Shown: positions 19,636 to 28,021 of the stretch, piece by piece | Position numbering within the stretch: the stretch's first letter is position 1 | Layout of the letters: every line of letters begins with the position of its first letter | Source of the DNA: Epithemia pelagica | Lineage: Eukaryota; Protista; Bacillariophyta | Assembly (NCBI GenBank): GCA_946965045.2 | Contig: OX337240.1 | Location: 1,984,001-2,048,000, forward strand | Direction of reading: 5' to 3' | Length of the DNA stretch: 64,000 nt | Program-made: the position numbers and the translations under genes | The notes under the pieces: model-generated | Seen by the model: only the letters and a program-made list of their open reading frames with translations | The model's database searches: none | Told to the model about the DNA's origin: nothing

Positions 19636-21129
19636 ATGGCGTCCTCCTTCGACACCGCCTCTCAGAAACTCGCTCAGGGAATACCACCATTCCCCTTGCG
19701 TGACCTTCCCACAACGCGGGACGAGCTGTTATGGACAGAAATTAGGAGCGAGTATAGCCTGACTTTGGCTGAATTGTCTTCGCTGAAGAACCACGCGTGC
19801 GAAGAACAACATCAGAGACGGCCGCCTTTGTACCCAGACAGTACGTCAGACGCCAAGGAATGGAATACCAATTTTGACCGGAAGCTCGATCAGATCTTGG
19901 AAGCTACAAAACAATCCGACAAAGCTACTCCACAGTATTCGGCTGCATTTGTCGGAAACAAAGAAAAGAAGAGGTTGGTTGCCGACGGTCGTTTCTCGTT
20001 TTTCCACGAGAAAGTTGGCGAGGCAAGTGTGCTTACCGTTGACCAAGCGGAAGCATTGTCTACTATGAAAAACGAACATCAAGTGGTCGCCTACATGACA
20101 CCATACCTTGAAGAACTTGTCCGAGATACAGTCAGTTGCTCCGTTTTTAATTCGGAGGAATACAAATGGATCGAGACAAGTGCGGAAACCACCATCTACA
20201 ACGAAAAGCCTGACTTGATTATCATGCATCCTGCTTTCATCAACAGGAAACCGCCTTTCAAATGCGAGAAAGACAAAGTCTTGGAAGAAATGCGAAGGGA
20301 TGGTGATTTGTATGGAGTCCTTTCCCAATGGAAGCTTCGAGATTTTATTGGTCTCACCTGCGAGGCAAAGCAAAGCATCGACAATCAAGCTTTTGGGGAA
20401 GTGATCAATTATGGAGCACATCTTTGCTTTGGAACACATGGCTCAGTGGCAACAAGATTGATGCTGTTTGACAAGCGGGTGTTTTGGCTTGTTGATTGCG
20501 TGCAAGGAGTTGTGGCGAGCGTGGTAACATGCCGGTGGATAGATGAGGGATCGAGACAACTCTTGCGTGATTTTGTTCGCCAACCTGTATTGCCTAGGCT
20601 ACTGAATGATGCCTGCGCTCACTTTAACTTGACTGTCAAATCAGACTCTTTCTTGGGCGCGGGAGCTTACGGTTTCGTTTTCCGTGCGCAGCGTGCTGAC
20701 GGCATATTTGTCGCCCTCAAAACTGTCTTGAAACAAGATGCCGACACAAACATACAGCGACTGGAAGCAGAGAAGGAAAAAACTATCAGAGCGAAGAATG
20801 CGTGTCCAGACGAGGTTGTGGGTGTAGAAGAGGATGGGTTCCATACATTTGAAGATGGTGCCGCTTTAGTCTTGTCGGCTGTTGGTGACCACTTCTCAAC
20901 TCTATCTCCTCAGGGCATTGTCGACTCTCTGAAGAGACTGCACAAATCCGGGATCATACACGGAGATGCACGGCTTGAAAATGTGGTTGGCGTGAATGGC
21001 AAACCCTGCTGGGTCGACTTTGCTGACTCGGACTTGTTGTTGCAGGCGCCTCTTCTCATGGAGAGAGAGATGAACGGACTCATCGGATGTGTACAAGAGC
21101 GCTTCGAAGGGTACGAAGCCGATGGCTAG
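19636..21129 (+). CDS. Crinkler (CRN)-like protein 2: shared 59-aa header plus PD-(D/E)xK REase-like domain plus protein kinase
   Basis: Header identical to the 11042 ORF. NSEEYKW...KPDL...CEAK is REase-like. Kinase motifs LGAGAYG, VALK, HGDARLEN and VDF are present. The architecture resembles oomycete CRN8-type kinases. Intronless, 497 aa. Confidence 0.78.
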   Translation: MASSFDTASQKLAQGIPPFPLRDLPTTRDELLWTEIRSEYSLTLAELSSLKNHACEEQHQRRPPLYPDSTSDAKEWNTNFDRKLDQILEATKQSDKATPQYSAAFVGNKEKKRLVADGRFSFFHEKVGEASVLTVDQAEALSTMKNEHQVVAYMTPYLEELVRDTVSCSVFNSEEYKWIETSAETTIYNEKPDLIIMHPAFINRKPPFKCEKDKVLEEMRRDGDLYGVLSQWKLRDFIGLTCEAKQSIDNQAFGEVINYGAHLCFGTHGSVATRLMLFDKRVFWLVDCVQGVVASVVTCRWIDEGSRQLLRDFVRQPVLPRLLNDACAHFNLTVKSDSFLGAGAYGFVFRAQRADGIFVALKTVLKQDADTNIQRLEAEKEKTIRAKNACPDEVVGVEEDGFHTFEDGAALVLSAVGDHFSTLSPQGIVDSLKRLHKSGIIHGDARLENVVGVNGKPCWVDFADSDLLLQAPLLMEREMNGLIGCVQERFEGYEADG

Positions 21130-22189
21130 GATTCATTGTAACGGTACGGCAGTTTTGTCGCAGTAGACCTACGGCGTCTATGCTAGCGTGCAGACGCAAA
21201 CACGAACGTAAATCATTTGTCCACATGTGACACAGTCCTCGCGTCATTTGTAACAGAAAGGAAATCCAGGCATTTGCCGTCGGGGCTGTCCTGGAAATGG
21301 TAGGTGGGACGAGTCCTTTGCAAGTCAAGATTCGAAAATTTAATCCTCCCGGTACCGGAAGTCCTGCCGATTCCTCCGCCGAAGGACGCGCCACCTACAC
21401 AATAGTGAATTCACAAACAAGAAAGGAGAGGCCTGGGACGAAACTTTTGAAGCCATGTACGATGAAGGATGCTGGAAACAGGCTTTCCTTTATCAGGCAC
21501 CACTTAGGATACACCTTGTGTTGCAGTCGACCAAGGAACCAGAAGAGGTGTCTGTGAACATGGGCGCAGAGACACTACAAAAGGAATACAATGGAGAAAC
21601 TGCAACCCGTCATGCAGAAACTCTGTGAATGAAATTTGAGCTTGTCGAATATTAACTTGCAGCTTTTCGACCGCCCAAAAACAAGGAGGAGGGCGAGGAG
21701 AGGGATAGTATCGAGAAGCAATGCGACATGTATGGATTTGTGTGGCACGATGTGTGTGTATGTAGGAAGTATGAGATTGATTGGCGTTTTGCTGGTTCGA
21801 TCCATTGAAATGGAAGCAGAAATTTGAACGAAAACTGACGGCACTGGTCAACTTGTCGTTCGAAGAAGAGGACCCAACCGGAGAGGGGGCTCTCTTCAGA
21901 GTCGAAAATAGGTCGAGTCGAAAATAGGTCAACGTATCTTTCTACGGGCTGCTTGAATCATAGTCATGTCTCGTCGTCTTTGCTTGTTCCTACTGCGATA
22001 AAAAAGGATGCATATGAAAGTTCAGGTACACAAATAGTAGGAGCAGATGGTATATGTGGCCATCAATTATCCTGTAAGCAACATTCTTGGATAACAGTAG
22101 TGTTTTATATCGTACGTACTCCTAGAACTATAATGAAACTCAGACAAATAATTCTAAGAACCATTTCGATCTCCACTCTTATACCTTTC

Positions 22190-23665
22190 TTATGATGAGT
22201 GCAATTGATGCAAATGACGCATATGTGACGGTGAAATACGATGACAAAAATGGGCATGGACATCACAATAGGCGTCACCAGGACTGCTCTTGTTCTCACC
22301 TGCACCGCTAGTGGACAAGTTGGATGGTCGGTTTAAAAAGGAATTGTAATCATTTGAGTTGCGACATTGTCCTAAAAATGGACCACGTGAATTCCCCAGT
22401 GCCGCCAAATTTTGGGAGTGATTGTAGTCTTCGATGCGATTGTGAAGAGCGGTGGACCCCCAGGTTTTGTAAACTGATTGGAGTTCCGTTGCATTGTTAT
22501 GAATTGAATGCCTCGCCATGTGATAATAGTTTACCATGTATCCCCATACCCAGTCGCTGTGCAAACAAAAGAACTTGATGCCCTTTTGTGTGGCCTTTAA
22601 ATACGGAGCGGCGATGGAGTATTCATGCATCATGTCCAACAAACTCATGCCAGGACGATAAACGTCTAGCTCGCCAATCATATTTTGCTGTAGTCTCCAA
22701 CAGACCAGGGCGTCAAAGTCATCTTGGTTTGAGAAAGGTGGTGTCGCCTCGACCGGAGTTGTATCCGTTTGGTTCGTCTCATTAAAGTAACAAGTAATCG
22801 GGCGCAGCAGATTGACCAAGGTGGCCCGGGTAAAAACGGAACCGAATCCACCATGAGGAATCGTGAAAAAATCACGTTTGTGCCCAAACCGAATTAAATA
22901 TCCAGCAATAACGCGCGCTTGGTCAGAGGGATACATTTTAGGCAAGGACGATTTCAATCCACCAATGTTGATCCAAGTGTCATCGTCGCCCAAAACCAAG
23001 TAGTCTGGTAGCAAAGAGACATTGAAACGAACTGGGGAAGAATTATTTGATGAATCCTCTCGTGATTGAATTGTTGACGACTCAGAGCCTTCGTGGTAGT
23101 ATTTATGAACGGCGTTTCGGAAGGCATGAAGGGGTCGTTTCTGTGCACAGATCCAACCGGATGGATTGCTCTTGCTTTTAAGCCCCACCTCGCCAAACAA
23201 TCCTCCCAGTTTGTTCAGAAGCGGAAACTTATGCTTTGAGTTACAACGCCTGACAAGGGTTTGCACATGATCCCAAGTTAATGCTTTGGAACAGTTTTGT
23301 TCGACATCGTCGGCTTCGGTGGCGGCATAAAAATACCGGACACTTTTACCAAAGGTTGCGTATTGGGCTCGTTGCAAGTCGGCTTGTGTCACACTCCCAA
23401 TACTAACGAAATCTATCACCACCCCTGATGTGGACAGATCATCTTAACCTGTTGTCTTCTGCGACAGGGTTTTGTCGTGGTTTTCTTGGAAGACCGTCAT
23501 CATATACGAGGATTCAATTCGCGTAGAAACAAAACTGCTCCGATGCACACTGATGGAGAGACTCAGATGGGAAACAAAGGCAACAACACAGCCTAGTATG
23601 CAGACCCAGAGTGTTCTGAGCCTCGGGCGGCTTCCTGACTTTGTTGAGAGGGTGGTGCGGACCAT
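22190..23665 (-). pseudogene. Fringe/GT31-like glycosyltransferase with one premature stop
   Basis: Type II TM N-terminus from ATG 23665. TAA at 23446-23444 is in frame with the downstream 410-aa ORF (QKTTG*DDLSTSGVVIDF). Motifs LGDDDTW, PHGGFGSVF and HSDW are present. Confidence 0.72.
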
Positions 23666-24256
23666 GGCTGTGTTATTGTATTCCAACCGATACCAAGACG
23701 AAGGAGAATAGTTTTTTTGTGAACAGATTATTGGAACATGGAATTCCTGTTGTGATCTACCACAAAATTGTTGCCGGGGCGCGCTGGGGGATGGGGGGAG
23801 TATTGCTATTTTGTCCAATTTCTAAGTATCTAAGGCGGGCTCGGTAGTCAACGGACTACTACTATAAGTGAATTTTATTCCCAATAATTGCGGAATAAAA
23901 GGTTTTGGTCTTGAAAGACTCAAAATGGTAGTCAAATTCATTAGGGCATGCGTTGTGGCCGTTGAGCGAGTGAGTCGAGATACCCAGATTTTCCGTCCTC
24001 AGATTGTTTTGGTTGCGCTTCCGCAGTGGTAGGTTGTCGTGTGTGTCCTCTGCATCACAACAATAACCCCTCGGGGAAAAGTAGAACTACACTGCACCGC
24101 ACCAGTTCAAAAGATCTTAGGAGTAACCTAGTTCAGGATAGAGAATGGACTGTTCTTCGATCCTGCGTATTCGTGAATGTGAAGACCGGAATAAAACAAT
24201 CCCTGCATGTCGCCTCCCGACTTGAAATGAGGGCGTCAAAACTAATGTGCCAATGG

Positions 24257-24384
24257 CGCCACTGTCAATGAAAGGAACGTAACCGCATCGAACGTACCAC
24301 ATGGCAACATCATGTTACCGTGGTTGGCCGCCACTGTCAATGAAAGGAACGTAACCGCATCGAACGTACCACATGGCAACATCA
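24257..24384. repeat. 56-bp perfect direct repeat x2, period 72
   Basis: Copies at 24257-24312 and 24329-24384. Confidence 0.95.
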
Positions 24385-24543
24385 CGGTGACACTGCTGTA
24401 CTTGTATCAGCCACGGAAGATTTCAATTGACCTTCACATTGTTGCTTGCTTTTGATCCCAGGCATCCATGACTTGAAGGACTGTAATTTCACACTCTCTG
24501 AACTCATCGCAACTTCTGCCGGGGTTGAATGATAGCACCTGCG

Positions 24544-24775
24544 GTTGAAAGAAAGGATTTGGACGATGTGGGAATAAGGAATCATTTGGACATTATTACG
24601 TGTTCACTGAAAAGTCCTCTTCACGATGAGGAGAAGGAAGATGGGGCCAATGTCGCAGTAGCAACGTCGACAACGAAGCCAGTCAAGAAAAAGGGAGACC
24701 AAGAAGGAGACGAAGAGAAGGAAGCCTACAAAGCCGTATGATGGGTGGTGGTAGCTGATATTCACCCTCTAGAGA
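24544..24775 (+). pseudogene. Decayed duplicate of the 3' end of the PUB-UBX gene
   Basis: Collinear similarity to about 10469-10730 (GAAAGGAT.TGGAC, CTGAAAAGTC, GAAGGAAGATGGGGC, AAGAAAAAGGGAGACC, CGTATGATGGGTGGTG), with indels that break the frame. Confidence 0.8.
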
Positions 24776-25045
24776 AGGCTTAACTCAAAGTACCTAAAGT
24801 AGGGTCAACGGCCATATTTCGCTCGTACCTTTCTTGGTAGGAGTAGCTCTCTAATCTAGAGGAGTAGCTCTAGCTAGCTAGAGGAGTAGCTCCAGTTAGC
24901 CATGCGCGGATCTTCCGCGTGGAAGATATCACTAGGGGAGAATGATCGTGTCACATATCGCATGTCGCACCTCGAAGCCGAATTTTCGATTTGGATCCTC
25001 GAAGACCACGTCCATCGTCCATTGTCCATCAACAACACAATCGAG

Positions 25046-25867
25046 ATGAAGCGGACACAAACAAGAGCCATGTCAAAGATGCTTGTCTTGCCATGGTCTT
25101 TGGCCATGCTCTTGTGGCATTCTGGTGTGATGGCCACTCGCACGTTCTCTCAGGCATCGTTTGTTCCACCTGCCTCACCCACATCGGGTAGCAAGGGCCC
25201 CTTGTTCTTTGCACCAACATTGGATCCGGCGACTGGGCCCATCCGAAAAGACAAGGCAGAGTCCAAAATGAAGCTCGAAGCGCGCAAAAAGGCAGCACAA
25301 GCCGGAGGTGTAGCAGCTAATTCGAAGAAAGTCCAAGTGAAGCTACTAAAGCACGTTGCAGGTACGGGGCAAGCAGGACAAGTCGTGATGGTATCACCGG
25401 CGTTCTACAATAACAAATTACGACCGAGTAAACTGGCTGAGCAGATTAGTGATGAACAAGTGGACAAGGAGAACCAACAAAAGCAAGAAAAGGAAGAGGA
25501 GATCCAGACACAAGCGGCTTCTTTGGAATCAAAATTAAAACCAGACGGAAATCCATTTGTTCTAAAAATCTCTGCAAAGGCTGGTCCTTCCGGTCAACTG
25601 TTTGGAGGAATTGGTCCAAAGGTCATCATGGACGAATTGAAGCGACAAGTGCCAGATTCTTATTGGGACAACCCTTCTTCGCAGAAAAATAATCGTATCA
25701 AATCATTGCTATCGCTCGAAACAAATTCGGACGGGAAAATCAAAGAAACCAAGATGCGAGGCGACATCAAGCATGTTGGAGAGTTCATGGCTTCCATGTC
25801 ACTGACGTCGGATATCACAGTCAAGTTCCCCATTCGTGTCGTGTCTCAAGACAAACTATCTCCTTAG
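25046..25867 (+). CDS. rpl9: Plastid-targeted 50S ribosomal protein L9
   Basis: L9 N-domain VQVKLLKHVAGTGQAGQVVMV and C-domain AKAGPSGQLFGGI...IKHVGEF; signal peptide followed by QAS-FVP (ASAFAP-like). The true start could be 25046 or 25070. Confidence 0.88.
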   Translation: MKRTQTRAMSKMLVLPWSLAMLLWHSGVMATRTFSQASFVPPASPTSGSKGPLFFAPTLDPATGPIRKDKAESKMKLEARKKAAQAGGVAANSKKVQVKLLKHVAGTGQAGQVVMVSPAFYNNKLRPSKLAEQISDEQVDKENQQKQEKEEEIQTQAASLESKLKPDGNPFVLKISAKAGPSGQLFGGIGPKVIMDELKRQVPDSYWDNPSSQKNNRIKSLLSLETNSDGKIKETKMRGDIKHVGEFMASMSLTSDITVKFPIRVVSQDKLSP

Positions 25868-26028
25868 CTATAATAGATCCACATTTCTCAGACAGAGTGG
25901 AACTTTTTTGCAGATACAACATTGTCATTCATCACAGACGTCCAGTTTTGTTGAATATCAATGTAGGACCAATTCCCCAGCCAACGTGCCGCCCAAGAGA
26001 CGCCATTCGTCTTCGTCCACCTTTTCAT

Positions 26029-26619
26029 TCAATTGTTTGTACGAGATTCTTGAGAAAGCTGAAGGTATTCGACATAGGTATGGTCCTCCCCTTCCAGTTC
26101 TTGATCAATAATTTCGGAGATAACCTTCCAATCACCTCCCGCCAATCCAGCACCTATTTTGGGGTACGCAATCCGACGTCCCGAGTATTCTCGCTTGACG
26201 GCACTAAACACTGCTCTCAGAGCTTCGTATTCCAACAAGCACTCGTCCTTTTCTCGGTGCCAATGAAATTGCGTGTAGGCATTCACAATAACCACTTCAT
26301 GGTCGCGATGCCGTTGTCGTGATGGTGGTTTCCCTTGCCATGGGGTTATATCCGTTGATGATGATGATGATGATGATGATGACGGTGGTGGCGAATATTG
26401 AGATAGGACCAACGACACCTTGGCGGAAGTCATGGTGCCCAACTTGTCTCGTACACCTGGCACGGTCGCGCAATCCGCTTCGTAGGCTTGGGGAAACTCT
26501 TCCTTGATCGACTTTGCAATCCCTGCTCCCATCCTACAAAAACAATTACATCCATGGATAATCACATCGAATTTGCCTTCCTTGGTGAGCCGCAAAAGAT
26601 CTCCTGAAACCACCTTCAT
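26029..26619 (-). CDS. Stand-alone macro domain protein (ADP-ribose-binding/processing; bacterial/phage-like)
   Basis: GDLL, IIHGCNCFCRMGAGIAK, IVNAYTQ and YPKIGAGLAGGDW motifs; poly-Ser insertion from a (TCA)n microsatellite; intronless. Confidence 0.9.
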   Translation of the reverse strand: MKVVSGDLLRLTKEGKFDVIIHGCNCFCRMGAGIAKSIKEEFPQAYEADCATVPGVRDKLGTMTSAKVSLVLSQYSPPPSSSSSSSSSTDITPWQGKPPSRQRHRDHEVVIVNAYTQFHWHREKDECLLEYEALRAVFSAVKREYSGRRIAYPKIGAGLAGGDWKVISEIIDQELEGEDHTYVEYLQLSQESRTNN

Positions 26620-26753
26620 TGCTTTTCTTCAGTCCTTTTCTGTTGAGCTGTGGTGGATCTTCGACAGAGATATTCAGTCGCGTTTGATTCAACGCTGTCC
26701 ACGACCGTGACCTTGTTAATTTCTTCGGAGCGCAGACACGAAGTTGTGGAACC

Positions 26754-27566
26754 ATGGGATTTGTTTCACCCATAAGAACCGGATTCCTGCTTCTTGAACT
26801 CATATTCCTTCATCATCCGGCCAAGACCTTGGTGGAGAGCTTTCAGGTGCCGATTGTCATTGCAAACACGGGTGGCAACCAAATAATCGAGCCCACACTT
26901 TGCCAGCGCTGTGGTTCAACAAGATGCCGAATGGGATTGTATGACAAACCGCTCCCCCCTCGTCCTCCTCCCAGACCAGATCGCAGCAATAAGGGAAAGA
27001 ATCCAAATGAAGACGAGGAGGATGAAGAAGACGACGACGATTTTGCAGCGTCCATGATCTCGACGCCTCGTTTGTTTTCCTTTGACCCCGAAACTGGAGA
27101 AGAAGTCAATTCCCTTCTTCCACCATTGGGTAGGAGTTTGAGTTCCGGTGTGGGCTGCTATTTCGAGCCAACCGATCGGTTGGTACGGAATTTAGTCGAT
27201 AAGACAGGCTGTGCCGTGGAAGATGCCTGCTGGGCTTTAGAAGCATGCAAGGGGGATTTCACGGAAGCCTGGACAAGTATTTCAACTGCCCGACGGATGA
27301 ATCTCAACGCCAATCGTTTGCCGCAGCCATCCGCTGAAACAAGTGACCAGGACGAAATTCTCAGCGAAGATTCTTCGTTTGAGTGGGATGAAGATTCCTA
27401 CGAGATTGAAATGGAAGAAGAGTACGAGCGGCTGAAAAGCAAACGGATTAGTCAGGAACGAAAGAGAAATGTTCAAGACATGTTCAAAGGCGGCCAAGCC
27501 GATCAGGCTTGGCTTCCCAAAGCAAATCCAAGACCCATCGATGATGAACCTTGGTTCACGGGATGA
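26754..27566 (+). CDS. Hypothetical protein with a probable plastid-targeting presequence and a UBA/EF-Ts-N-like helical domain
   Basis: Signal peptide plus VES-FQVP; LVRNLVDKTGCAVEDACWALEACKGDFTEAW resembles UBA/EF-Ts N-terminal bundles. Confidence 0.65.
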   Translation: MGFVSPIRTGFLLLELIFLHHPAKTLVESFQVPIVIANTGGNQIIEPTLCQRCGSTRCRMGLYDKPLPPRPPPRPDRSNKGKNPNEDEEDEEDDDDFAASMISTPRLFSFDPETGEEVNSLLPPLGRSLSSGVGCYFEPTDRLVRNLVDKTGCAVEDACWALEACKGDFTEAWTSISTARRMNLNANRLPQPSAETSDQDEILSEDSSFEWDEDSYEIEMEEEYERLKSKRISQERKRNVQDMFKGGQADQAWLPKANPRPIDDEPWFTG

Positions 27567-28021
27567 ACAGAACTTATGTCTTAGTGCCTGTTCCCCAAAT
27601 AGAACGCCATACTTAGTGGATGATACTGATCTTGTTGTTTTCGAACATGTCAATTGCCTTGCACGACACAAAACGATTCAACAGGTAGTCTGCATGAAGT
27701 TGGAGTGCGGGAACGATAGGCGATAAACGCATGCCTAAAACGCGTACGAAATCAAGATGATCCACGCCACAGAAACCGAGAAGATATTTGGCTTGAGATG
27801 CGAAATATGAGGTGGGAAGAACGTCAATGTTGCCTAACCAATGTGACTAGGTAGAGTAGTTCCAACAAAGGAAATCTATAGTAGGGCGTCTACTGAACAA
27901 ATATTAAGAGCTCATCTGAGCTCATATCCGTACGAGTATGTTGTGTTTGACGTCCCCGAACGTGGAAGATTTCAGCACCACATTGCAACTGTTGGACGAA
28001 AAACAATATTGGCAATTGAAC

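Noticed and set aside
21130-21650. Coding-like stretch downstream of CRN-like gene 2 (KGEAWDETFEAMYDEGCWKQ...)
   Set aside because: Short, without a credible start or recognisable domain; not supportable as a gene.
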